DNA of 63,749 bases, filler included, from Octopus bimaculoides (taxonomy: Eukaryota): assembly GCF_001194135.2 (NCBI RefSeq). It is 6 parts of 6 records of this genome, joined end to end, with 100 filler letters (N's around TTAATTAATTAA, not from the genome) between each part and the next. Parts side by side here need not be neighbours in the genome. Positions count along the whole stretch, not along the records: positions 9,519 to 28,930 come from NC_068985.1; 5 more parts are not named here. One strand, 5' to 3'. Positions 10,678 to 23,055 of the stretch are shown here, in pieces. A program made the translations under genes and the position numbers. The notes below the pieces were generated by a model that did not search any database, had not been told where the DNA came from, and was given only the letters and a program-made list of their open reading frames with translations. Within the stretch, counting starts at the first letter, position 1. Every line of letters starts with the position of its first letter.

Positions 10678-12256
10678 GAGAGAGAACAAAACAGAGAGTA
10701 ATTACTAGAAAAACTGCTATTCGTTCAGCAAAACAATACGTTAAGTATAAACATTCATATTACAAAATGAAACTTATTCTCTATAGCTGTTTCAAAGTGT
10801 ATGTGACCTGCTGACGCCCAATTGTATATTTTGCACACAAGCAAGTGTATATATGTGTATGTACGTGTGTATGCGTGTGTATGTATGTGTGTGTCCGCGT
10901 GAGTATGTGTGTATCTGTGCGTATGTGCGTTTGTGTGTGTGTGTGTGTGTGTGTGCAAGTATGTTTATACAGTGTTTAAGAATATCGTTGTTTTAACTCA
11001 GAACTGTATTAACTCAAAAACGTTAGACTTGTGTGTGATATGAGGATACTTTATGAAAGCATATAAAGTTTGGACGGTTCAGGTGTTGAAGACACTACAA
11101 ATTTATTCATTGTTCATTATAAGATATTTAATGCATTCACTACAGATATGAGATATTTTCAAAATATTATTAATCGCACGAAGGGAATCAAATAAAGAAA
11201 TCACCGGGAAAACGCATTGTCTGGTCACTTACCGCATATTTGCAATTCAAAAATGACTTAATTATATTTAAACTAATTCTTCATATTTCGTTATGGCTAT
11301 GAAGGTTGTTGGGTCTCGCAGATGGAATATAGTTTGTGATTTATAGATTCGGAATTGCATTTGCTTAAAGTATTCAGTACAAAAAATAATGTTTGATGCC
11401 ATAGTATTCAGCATCGTGTTTTTTCTCTCATTAGCTTTATTACTGTCACCCAATAGGTAACGAAAATGCAGGTTGCATATTGTCAGGCAATAGCTAATAT
11501 ATGTGACAATATACTTGAACATCAAATACATTTCCAATATTATTGCACACAATTATTTACGGGATTATTTATCCACCAACAAATGTAGTTTTACTGCAAA
11601 ACATTCTGAACAATAAAAACATTTTAACTTGTATTAGATATTGTGTTCTGCCCAACCGCTGGATGAAGAAGAGAATACCATATCTACGTGTGAATTGGGA
11701 GTAAATAAAAAAAAAATATCAAGTTGAACGGTCTTTTTCTTTCCATCTCATATTCTCTCTCTCTCTCACTCAGGCTGTTTCTCTCTTTCTCTCTCCCTCT
11801 CGCACACGCTGAGTGTTTCTCTTGGGAAAGAAAAGAAAAAAGAAAAAAAAGGAAAAACGCCAGTTTCAGAAACAGTTTTTTATGAGAAAGCCAGAATTGG
11901 GATCGGGAAAGATGCAGGGAAACAAAACATATTAGTGAAGTAGGAATGGCCAAAAAATTGCAGATGAAGAAGTCTGATAAATGCATTTCCTCACATTATG
12001 AGTAATGCATTCCTGTAAGGAAAATTCATACAATATATTGTTAATTATGTATGTGTTGATGTGTTCATGTGTGTATGTGTGTGAGCGCGTGATATATAAA
12101 TATATTATTTATTCCTCACCCTCACTTTCTAGATCNNNNNNNNNNNNNNNNNNNNNNNNNNNNNNNNNNNNNNNNNNNNNNNNNNNNNNNNNNNNNNNNN
12201 NNNNNNNNNNNNNNNNNNNNNNNNNNNNNNNNNNNNNNNNNNNNNNNNNNNNNNNN

Positions 12257-12291
<35 letters not shown>

Positions 12292-12929
12292 ATATATATG
12301 TTATATGAACATTTTTCTATACATATATACAGAGACGATATATGGATATATACATGTAAGTGTGTGTGTGTCAGCGTGTAAGATATGATACATATATATA
12401 TACATATATATATAACAGATATATATATAATATGACCATGTTTATAAACATATATATACAGACGATATATGAATATATACATGTGTATAAGTGTGTACGT
12501 ATGTGTGTGTGTGTGTGCATGCATGTATGTATGTGAAAAAGTCAGTCCGGTATTTTTTATGTTAGATTACTTTTTCGCTAAATTATCATTTTCATCAGAC
12601 TCTATTTGTTTATCTTGTTCTCTTTATTATTATTATTTTTCTTTTCATAAGACCTGAACGATATTTCTGGACTGACCAGAAAGGCACTCATACATAATAA
12701 ATGATGTTATATTTACTATAGCGCTCCTCCAATTGCAACTCAAATAATCGTTGCTATATATCTATGGCTTTCACTGATCACAGTGTCAAAGAAATAATAA
12801 TAGCATTACAACCGTCATAATATATTCTTGCATCTACATACTCTTCAACTTATCTTCATGCCATCGACTTCAAAGAGAACAACTTTAAATAAAAAAAATA
12901 TATAATAACGTGTCAATTTAAGCCTAGAT

Positions 12930-14400
12930 ACATTTGGTTCAGCGAGACTTGATTGGATGCCAACACAATTGTGAATTTATGGGAAGTTATGTGACATACC
13001 TGAATAAGTTAAAGAAACTTTGTTCCATCCAGAGTAATAAGCATTCTCTTATCAAGTGTTGGATGTGTTCAAAGCTAGGAAGTATGCATAAAGCTGTTAC
13101 TGGCTACCATAAACTAAGTTGAATAGTTATAACATCCAAGGCAAACATGAGTTATTATCATTCTAATCCTTACATTCTAGAAATAACCATTAGCTAGAAT
13201 ATATTGTGCACACCTTACATGAAACAATGATTATGTACAGCATGGCAATGTGCAAGGTAATTATATTGCCAAGGGATATCTTTGATATTGCAATTTTCTG
13301 TAATCTCTTGTGCTTAAGTTTTGGAAAGCTTTGACAAAACCCTTGTGTTTCATTTCAGCAGTACTGATATATGGTTAGATGTTAATAAGATATTCATAAT
13401 ACGATGAATTCCTCGTTTATTTTGTTCCAGAAATTGCTCAGGGAAAAAGATAAACAAACATTTTCTTTAATCTTTTGACTTGATTATTTCAATATATTCC
13501 TGTATTATTTCTTTCAAATATACTTCCGAATATTTTTAGCAAACTAGCATTAGAGATTACTTTATCTTCAATTATTAGGAATACAGGATCAGTTCAAATT
13601 TAACAATTCCACTATAATATTATTGCAAACATGTACAACAGTTTGTATTGCAGAATATTGAAAAAGTATTAAGAGATACATCAGTAACTTTCAAGAACAA
13701 AAAATACATCCTTACATTCGCAATATTGACATAAATATTTCAAACATGGATATGTTCGCTATGAAACGGGCACTTCTTGGTACCAATAATGAAATCATAT
13801 AAATCTTTCATAAAAGTGTTCAGTTTGTTTCATTAATGCATGTGAAACACATTTCTATTCATTTATCTCACCGGAAAACAAATCAGACTTACAAAGCACA
13901 AGTCACTATTCAGAAGAATGAAAGAGTTTTCCAAGCAATACCCCACCAACGTTTATAGGAGTAACTTTTAACATATAAACAACAAATGAAAGTAGAACAG
14001 TGGGATATACATATAATTGATAAAATCGCTTGAGCAAAAGAATTTATTAAAAAGAAGTACCTGGATCTGGAATTCAGTAGAGCAAATGAAGTCTAGCATT
14101 TAAACAGATGTTTTGCCAACGCAAATGCTGAATTGTGTAGATCCATTTCAGCATAGCTCAAACATCGAACATTCTTTTCAGATCTAACTTTTCCACCGCA
14201 CTATTTCATTCTAAAACTGAACTCTCAGCAAATGCAAGCATATTGAAACATTTCTCTTAGCAAATTAGAGAAGAACACTCTCTCCAGACTGAGCGGTTGT
14301 CTCACATAATTTGAACGCATCCCTGCTTAGCTATGCTGCAACAACTAGATTAAATATTGCTTCCATCGTCCTGTTTTCGAAATGGAACAATTCAATAGAC
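12930..14400 (+). mobile_element. highly degraded hAT-superfamily transposase remnant
   Basis: Many stops and frameshifts. YCAHL.*NN.YVQHG at about 13200-13248 resembles the GCxxHxLxNxxxH motif. SANASILKHFS*QIREEHSLQTERLSH from 14225 resembles the hAT dimerisation motif SNAxxERxFS..R..L..ERL. Confidence 0.45.
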
Positions 14401-15812
14401 CATGTGGCCAGACATTGAGATTACTTGCAGACAAAAAGTGTGTTATAAACGCCTTCATATAGACGTGTTTTAACAGCAAGTAACTATAAGTAGTCTTTAT
14501 CTTTTTACTGTGTACAGGAAAGGATACATATATGTGTATATGTCTGTGCATGCGTATGTGTGTGTACCTATACTCCCTTTGCGATGTTATATTAATTCTC
14601 TATCTCTTGGTTTTCCTCTGTATTACTTAATACAGTTTAAATTCTCAAGCTTCAGAGATTTTTCGATTTCTATGTCTTCCCATTATATATTCCTCACTAC
14701 TCCCCTCTTCAAGCAATCGTTATCTACATATTTCGATGTGACGTTAAATCGATCTCTCTATAATTAAGCCTCATTTATGTTTAATCAGTTAAACCGAAAC
14801 ACGTAATTAAAAACAAATAATGACGGTCATAATACTTGTATTTCCTTTTCGTTTCTTTTAAATATTGCCAATGATATCATATTGTTTCGTGGAAGTTAGA
14901 ACAAGAAATGTTTACTTCTTAGAGGAAAACTATGACGTATCTATTCTGATATTGTTGTATTCTAGAGTAGTTATTGGCGTATACTATTGTTAAAACATTT
15001 GTATTCCCGTTAGCATGCTGCATATCTGTTGAATAACCGACTAAAATTATGTCACATATGTGACTACATTCCACACTCATAAACACAAAATCTCAACCAG
15101 CTATTGAATATTTTCACAAAGAATTATTATGCATAGTGGGTGAGAGAGTATATTTTTGAAATTTATGTTGTCTAGACTTTTGCATGAAAACTATCAGTGA
15201 TACATAGCTTATGTATATTACTATAGAATTAAATTCACTTGTATAAATCATAGGATAAGATATAACATTGTGCCAATCAATGTCATTTTCAGCTAAACTT
15301 GAAATCTTGCAGTTTCTATCACTTGCGTTAATCACTGTATAATCACCTCAGGAAATGAAGTGTTCTCTTTTAATACCGATATACCTAGAGATGCACATAT
15401 ATTCATACATATTTATATTGTTGCGTGTATCTGTAATCTAATGTTGCAAATCAAATCTTATAGTTGTATATCTCTCATGTTCTCATAGACAAATCGACTC
15501 ACACAAATCATCTATTCTGTTGGTCTTCATACGCAATATGAATATATGTATTTACAACATAAATTCAAATTTCCCGAGGAAAACAAATCTTATAATATGT
15601 AGTAGAGACTCCACAAGGAATAAACTTATCAATTGTAATTCTTGTTAAAGTAATGGACATAATAAATTGTGAATTAAATTTATGCCTCTTCTGTTCTGCG
15701 TTCAACGAAGGCGCATATAAACTTTGACATTAATCTTTTGAATCTACAGCTCCACCGAATTGTAAGAACTAACGCCAGTATTATAAGCAAGATTAAGATA
15801 AAAGTTTAGTTC

Positions 15813-16035
15813 ACTAGGATAGGATTGGTAAGAGGCTTGCTTCCGAATCCGATGGATCTAGGTTCGCTGCCACTGTTTTTGGGGCAAGTGTCTTCTACAA
15901 TAACATCGGACAGACAAAAGCCTTATGAATTCACTTGATAGACTGAAACTGAAGGATGCCTGTCCTGTATATGAATGTATGTGTGCATCCGCCCCAGCAT
16001 GACCGTAGTCAAATGACTGAAAGAAAGATAAATGT
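15813..16035 (+). mobile_element. family B SINE, internally deleted and diverged
   Basis: GGTAAGAGGCTTGC..GGTTCG..GGGCAAGTGTCTTCTAC..GAAACTGAAGGATGCC..CCAGCATGACCGTAGTCAAATGACTGAAA. Confidence 0.8.
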
Positions 16036-16339
16036 AAAAGAATGGAAGGATAGAAATGCAGATTGGCTTAATCGTCAAAAACTTCGTTTCACAGTACTCA
16101 ACTTCCACGTTCGCTCCTAGTGCAAGTGCCAATATTTCTGTGTCCTCAGACCGGCCAATGCTGTCACTAGCAAAAACACTTAAACTGTGAGGAAGTCTGT
16201 CAATCAGATTGTCTTCATAATTTAATGTATCTGTCCGGTCGCACTGTGTTGCGCTGATCCCGTCTCAGAATTACTTTCGAGTTGCAATTTTGGGATCCAT
16301 CCGGTACCGGACAAGGATTCTGGATTATCTGTCCTGTTT

Positions 16340-17630
16340 TTCTTAATACCTAATTTTTGAGAGCGGTTGGGTTGATTTTTAGTTGTTTCGTTTGTGAGAG
16401 TTTATTTCAGGTATTTTCATTTTAAAAGTCATCTCTGGCTAATCGTTGACAGGACGTTGGTGTTGCCTCAGGTGTTTTGCAAGTTGTAAGTCATTTTCAC
16501 AGTGTTGTTCATATTGTTCACTTCGTTTTAATTTTGTGTCAGTATTTTTTAAACACTTTGTTGACTGTTTTGCGCTGCCTTTCAGCAGTTTGTTTGTGCT
16601 GTCACTGCTGTTATGAGGAGAGTGAGCCCAATAGGAAAATCTATTAAAAAAATGTTCCATTCACACGCTAGCGTTTCTGAGTTATCTTCTTCCGAAGGCG
16701 AATTATTGGAAGTCATTGGAAAAATGGACGAGAAAATAAAGGAAGGCAGAAAGTTCGCATACGTGGTAAGACGCCGATAAGACGATGTAGACATGGAAAA
16801 AATTGCAAAGTATAATAAAATGATGAGTAAGGAGAGTTATAATGTGGAATTGCAACGCTCCTTCAAGAAACAATGACGTAAGAGAAAGAACAATATCTAC
16901 AAGACGTACTCGATAAAAGCAGGCACAATTGGGCAGGTCACGGTATAGATTGCAAGAGGAACAAAATTTGGAATAGCAGAAGCAAGGTTGAAAGGAATTG
17001 CTAAGAAGTATGCAGCGCGGACTATCAGGGATGACAAATTAGTGCTTCTACTCACTTACCTGGACGTCGTGCGTCAAGAGTCAGAGTTGAAGAAATTCCA
17101 CCAGAGATAGATGTGGCCTGGATAGTAGCCGTTGTCCTCTTGGATTAAGAAGACGACATAACGGTTCTCCAGGCCACAACAACGCATAGCGAAATGTGCA
17201 GAGAACAAACGCTTGAATGGACAATCCAAGCCTTAGCAGATCTGGAAAATATGATAGAGACTATCACGTTGGACGAAGTAGAAATGAGAGTGAGGGTGGA
17301 TGGTGTGGGTTTAAGTCAGTATCACTTTCCTTCTTTCTCTTCTGGTTTCTTTCTGTTTTCCACTGTCAGCCATGTCTCACCTTCCTCGCCTTCCTTCACT
17401 GTTGTTGATTGCAACATGAAGATGCTCCGAGGTAGGGACGAGAAACTTCATTCCATGTTTTTTCATTTTCAATTGTCATTGCATATTTTTCATACGTTGC
17501 CCTTTTTGTTTTTCTTGTTTTGTGTCCCTACAAGTGATGTATTGTCCGCTCTATGTTTACCCCTTGTGAGGAATCAACAAATTTAGGACATCGGTGTTGC
17601 CTTGACGGAGGTTTGCTCTCTCTGAGTACT
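16340..17630 (+). mobile_element. 5' region of a non-LTR retrotransposon with degraded ORF1 (probably L1/Tx1-like); 17310-17630 appears inverted
   Basis: T-rich UTR-like leader, then ATG 16613 MRRVSPIG..MDEKIKEGRKFAYVVRRR*. Frameshifted KEQYLQDV and GRRASRVRVEEIPPEIDVAWIVAVVL..QTLEWTIQA..LENMIETITLDEVEMRVRVDG follow (RRM-like RVRVxxIPP motif). Purine skew flips at about 17310. Confidence 0.5.
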
Positions 17631-18970
17631 CTTGTTTATAAATGAACCTACAGGAAATATTGAAATCACAGAATACACTCACATATACTTCAATCTATTA
17701 CTCATTTCTTTACGTGTTGCAATAAATGACAGTAATAAACCATGTAAAACAGTTAATTATTTGCACCATTATTATAGCTTGTAAAATTATCAATTCTTTC
17801 TGTGCATCTCAATATGCATTTGTTTATATAGAATAATATTTATTTATCATTATTGATGGTTCTTTTCGTTTTTGTTTTTGTTTTTATATATAAAACTAAA
17901 TTTATCGTTTGTGTCTGTAAGGCAAATGGAAATATTTGAACTTACCCTAAAGAATAGGCTATTTAAAAAGGTTTAATTACGTAATATTATATATACAATT
18001 TATACTGTTTGCAGCACCAAGCTTTGTCTTTGTTGCCTGTTGCAGAACATCACCAAACGTTAATTCGAGTCATATATACCCGGCATTAATGATTTATATT
18101 GTAGGTGATGCACATACCGTGGTCATTAATCGATAATTAAATATATAATTATAGTAATGGACGATGTCAATTGAAAATACTTCGTTTTGTAAAACACTGA
18201 ATTTGACCGGATATTCATTTCAGGAGATATTTAATGTGCACTGAGGAATGCAATTACATTCTATTCATAAATGTATGAGTACTGTAGAGCGATGCAAAAC
18301 ATTTTATTTGTTTTATTTTATATAAAATCTGAAACACAATCAATTTATAAAGGACTATTGTATGTCTGGAATTCAAAACAAAATTTTTGACAATTTACTT
18401 CTAAGCGTTTACCTATTTCCGTTAAAGACGCCGTACGCTACAAGATTACTGTTAGTACCCTCACACGATTTTATTCAGCTTACATTCTTACTTTTTAACT
18501 GGAAGTGTACATGTCAACGTTACCAGTTCAGGATATATCAAATGCTAAAATCTATTTCTTAATTTCAAAGTTTCGCGACATTTGTCTGTTTTTTTTTTTC
18601 TGAGTTCAAATCCTACCATGGCTGGTAGACTTACCTTATCACCCAACTTTGTAACAAACTTTTGACAGCCATGTCAAATTTAACGGATTTAACGGAGAAT
18701 CCACGCTGTTACCAGTATTCGGAAGATAGTTCAGGCTTAACAGTATATTCCTCCCGCCGTGTAACCTTCCATCCAGAGGAAGAAGATAAAGTAAAAGATC
18801 TTTGATATTTTACCCTCGAAAATACATTACCCAAAAGCAGTATCCTACTTCGAAAACAAATTGAATCGCTCTGTTACAATACGAAGGATATGTACAAGAT
18901 AATAACTTCACGATATTTGCTGTGTAACAGTTATTTTCCAGATTGGACATTATGAATGGGCTAATATAAT

Positions 18971-19155
18971 CATTTTTTTCTAAAGGCACAAGGCCTGAAA
19001 TTTTGGAGGAAGAGGATAGACAATTATATCTACCTCAATATTCAACTGGTACATCGATGAAGAAAGGATGAAATGCAAATTCGACCTCGACGGGATTTGA
19101 ACCCAGAACGTAACGATGAACGAAATGTTGCTAGCGATTCTGCCAGCTCCCTACC
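18971..19155 (-). mobile_element. family A SINE
   Basis: Tail AGGCACAAGGCCTGAAATTTTGG, core GAAAGGATGAAATGCAAATTCGACCTCG, head TCTGCCAGCTC. Confidence 0.88.
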
Positions 19156-19186
19156 TTGAATTCTTTAATATAATATTCGATCCGAA

Positions 19187-19400
19187 GGCGGCGAGCTGGC
19201 AGAAACGTTAGTACACTGGGTGAAATGCTTAGCAGGATTTCGTCTGTCTTTACGTTCTGAGATCAAATTCCACCGTGGTCGGCTTTGCCTTTCATCCTTT
19301 CGGAATCGATGAATTATGTATCAGCTGCGTACTGCGCTCGAGTCTAATTTACTGACACCCGCCCCAAGTTTCGAGCCTTGTACCTAGAGTAGTAAAGAAT
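19187..19400 (+). mobile_element. family A SINE (tail type 1), full length
   Basis: GGCGGCGAGCTGGCAGAAACG...TTTGCCTTTCATCCTTTCGG...GCCTTGTACCTAGAGTAGTAAAGAAT. Confidence 0.9.
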
Positions 19401-19708
19401 ACCATAACAGGTGATTCCACCACATGAATTAAAACGTAGAGTATCCACGTATGTTGGTAAAGCTGGGATTGTTTGAAAAGCCTAACTAATACAATTTAAA
19501 AGTTTCAAAATCATGTCGTGAGTTTTACTACTGTTAAACATTTAATTCTCAAAATAAATAATAAATTGGAAATAAGTGACATCAAGACAATCACATTTTA
19601 CTTAAAATAAAGTAAGCTCTATTGCTCGTGACTAAGGAAGTGTAATGGTTCATCGCTCTAAAATCTGTTGAGTGTGGAATAGATATGAATGGTTGAAGGA
19701 GACAACAG

Positions 19709-19820
19709 ATCCAAAAATATTGTAAATCTTGGACTATCCTAAAATATTGTAAATATCAATCTTGGACGATCCTAAAATATTACAAATATCAATCTTGGAC
19801 AATTCTAAAATATTGTAAAT
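19709..19820. repeat. 33-bp minisatellite, about 3.5 copies
   Basis: ATCCTAAAATATTGTAAATATCAATCTTGGAC(G/A) at 19736 and 19769, partial at 19802, and a 27-bp deleted unit at 19709. Confidence 0.92.
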
Positions 19821-22124
19821 AATAGTCATGGTGATAGTCAATGCATTCCAATCAAGTGAAGAAAGTATGTGTTTATATGTCAAGCAGCTAATATCGATTA
19901 ACCTCAGAACATGATATTCATAAGACAGTTTTCATCCCTCAAGGGGCAATATGAAACGCACTTTCTTCAAAGTGGCATCACTATATTTATGTAGTGAACA
20001 CTATGCGTATGTCAGAGCATCATTTTTCCAGTGTATATAAAAATCTCTCTGGAAATAATGCCGTTCTTGCAGTAGATATTTATTAGATTTGAACAATTTG
20101 TATGTGAACCAACATCTCTGAGTCTACACATCACTGTATTGAAAACATTTCTATTAAAATAGGATGTTATTCATTGAGACAGAATTGCGAGATACTGAAC
20201 TAATAAAGGCTTAATTAGGAGGCCAAATAAAGTTATAATTAGGAGGCAAATCTTACAGTGAAGTCACATCTTACAACTTAACCAGATATGCCACCTTAGA
20301 ATAATAAAAGACAAATATAGATACACACACACTCACACACATATATGTCTTTGTAAATATCATAAATATTGTACATGTATAATATCTACATTCATACATA
20401 TATGAATTTGTATGTATTTTAGTATATGTGTGTGCGTTTATATAATCCTCAGCTACCAAAGAAATCGTGCTTAACAATGACAATAACATCCGGTTGTAAA
20501 AACATTTTTTTGAAACAAATCTCAAGTCAGCGAAGTGTAAAATAATAAACAAAAAGAAAAGGAAGAAACATGTATTCTCCACTTACTTCCATAAACATAC
20601 CTTTATACTTTTAATTTGCTGTGCAATAATGATACTTAATGGACAGTATATTGTTTTGTATATTTCTAGTATTTTCTGACTTCATTCTTTTTGATATTTA
20701 TTGTATTTAATGTGTTAAATATTTCTTATCCAATCGATATTATACAGCGTTGTTGTCTTACTAAAACATTTGGGTAAACATAACATATANNNNNNNNNNN
20801 NNNNNNNNNNNNNNNNNNNNNNNNNNNNNNNNNNNNNNNNNNNNNNNNNNNNNNNNNNNNNNNNNNNNNNNNNNNNNNNNNNNTATATATATATATACAA
20901 TATTTAATTGCTTATTGCTACTAATTTCATCTCATAATTTTTTCAAGAGGTGAGATGCTTTCAAATTCTCATTGAAGTCAAAATGTGATATCATTCAGAT
21001 TATATATATATATATATATTTGATTTCATCTGTGTGTAAGAAATTTAGTTTTTCGAACGGAAATTATTATTGGTAACATCAAAGAAAATAGAACCTAAAC
21101 AAAGAATTATACAGGAAATATTTTACCAATTTTATAAGCTAAAATACATAAAAACACTTAAATATTCACATTTTTATGCACATTGAATTCGATAGCAAGA
21201 AAAACATTTTGAACAAAACGTGGATGCCGGAAATTGAGGCAATAAGACGAATAGAGTTAAACACATAAAGTATCCTTGGATGTTGAAACTAGAAGCGAAA
21301 TGCAGGGGCTATCAGATTGTGTTTGAATACTTCCCAGAAATCCCAGTACTATTAATAAGGGTGTTCAATGGTGTTATTAGTACCGAATATCAGCGATACA
21401 GGTATAGAATTTATAAATACTCCCTCTAATATTAATTCCATAGCAGCTCTAAAAATATCTGTAGGATTTTAGAATATCATCATAATATAATAAACTCCAG
21501 TCAACCATAAAAATAGTAACAGGAACATAGTAACCGTAAATCGAAATTAAGGCTGAGGCGTCACCGAAACTTGTATAAAGAACAAGAAAATTCATGACAT
21601 GGAAATCACAAAGCGATAAATGAATGAACAAACATATGTAATGAGTGTTTTAGACGGAGAAACGTTAAGAAATATATCGGTATTTCGTAGATCTGCATTT
21701 TCTCAAAATACTAGAAAGGTATAGTGTTAATGGGCCTCGTGTGAATTACAAATATAGAACTACTGGAAATGGAAGGTGAGTACAGAACATTGTTTGAGCA
21801 GAGAATAACAGAGGGTCACTAAAGTATTGCAATGACGTGTGTGAGTGCGTCTGTGTGTCTATGTGTGTGTATGTGCAGCTGTGTGTGTGTAGTGAATGTG
21901 CATTTATGCATGCGTTGGTGTGTATGTACATATATGTTTGTAAGTGTCTGCATGTGAAACATTGAGGGAAAGAGAGAGGGAGAGGTAATTCTTTGAAAAT
22001 AATTCAGATTTTTCAAGCAACGGCATTATTACAATATTATATATATATCTTTTGGTTTATTTTGGTTATTTGTATCTTAGATATTTCTCCCATGATTTTT
22101 CTGTCTTTCACTAGTTTTCCCAAT

Positions 22125-22299
22125 AAGGAGTAAAAGTTGTGGTGAACGATTCAGAAGTAGTTTGCCATTACGTTCTGTCGGAGCCGCGTGTAGCCTAGGT
22201 GTTTCGCTCATACACACACACCTTGGCAACTCTGAGATTCGAACTCACGATCTCTCGACCCCGAGGTCTGCTGCTCTACACACCAGGCCATTGCGCCTC
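22125..22299 (-). mobile_element. tRNA-derived SINE, family E
   Basis: The minus strand reads GAGGCGCAATGGCCTGGTG..GTGAGTTCGAATCTC (A- and B-box-like), then GAGCGAAACACCTAGGCTACACGCGGCTCC. Confidence 0.75.
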
Positions 22300-22590
22300 A
22301 AAATTGTATTCATTATATTCATTCCCTTCTTTTTTTTGTTGCTGCTACATTTGCTGCACGTAGAATCCCATGATTACAACACATCATTCATCGTCTTTTT
22401 CTTTGACCCATTCTCTTCATTTATTTCTCTTTTCTCTATTTCTTCTGACGAAGGAGTAGAGTCCCAATCAACAAGTCATATATTCTCTCCGTTTTCAGCG
22501 GTAACACATACACATTTCAGATTATATTAACAGCCACTAATTCAGTGTTTTGTGTTTCGAATGTGATCATTATCATCATACAATCTCTAC

Positions 22591-22624
<34 letters not shown>

Positions 22625-22674
22625 GTTTCAGTTTGTGTGTGTGCGTGAGTGTGTATGTGTGTATTCGTGACTGT

Positions 22675-22866
22675 ATTTGTCCGGTGTCCGCACTTGACAA
22701 CAGCTGTTTCTCAGATTACATCTCCATAATTAGCGGCTCGGCAAAATCCCGTTACATTAATTTACAGACTTTAAGAATTAATCTCTCTATAGGGTTCTGT
22801 AGACTAAAATTCTTCAAATTGATACCGCAGTATGGCCGCAGTCTAATAACTGAAACATGTAAAGAA
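22675..22866 (+). mobile_element. family B SINE, 3' half
   Basis: CTTGACAAC..TTAGCGGCTCGGCAAAA..CAGTATGGCCGCAGTCTAATAACTGAAACATGTAAAAG. Confidence 0.8.
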
Positions 22867-22882
22867 TGACGATAAAAGGTAT

Positions 22883-23055
22883 ATTCTTTCCTACTCTGGG
22901 CACTTAGATCGACTTCAATGTGCAGCTGGTGCTTAATTTATCGATCCCGAAACGCAAAGTCGACCTCAGCGGAATTTGAACTCAGAACGTAGCGGCAGAC
23001 GAAACACCGATAAGCATTTCGTCCGACCTGCTAACATTTCTGCCAGCTCGCCGCC
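22883..23055 (-). mobile_element. family A SINE
   Basis: AAAGTCGACCTCAGCGGAATTTGAACTCAGAACGTAGCGGCAGACGAAA..TCTGCCAGCTCGCCGCC. Confidence 0.9.

Noticed and set aside
22445-22470. CTGACGA followed by a short GGA/TCC stem
   Set aside because: The GAAA box is absent (CAAT instead), so it cannot be supported as a hammerhead.
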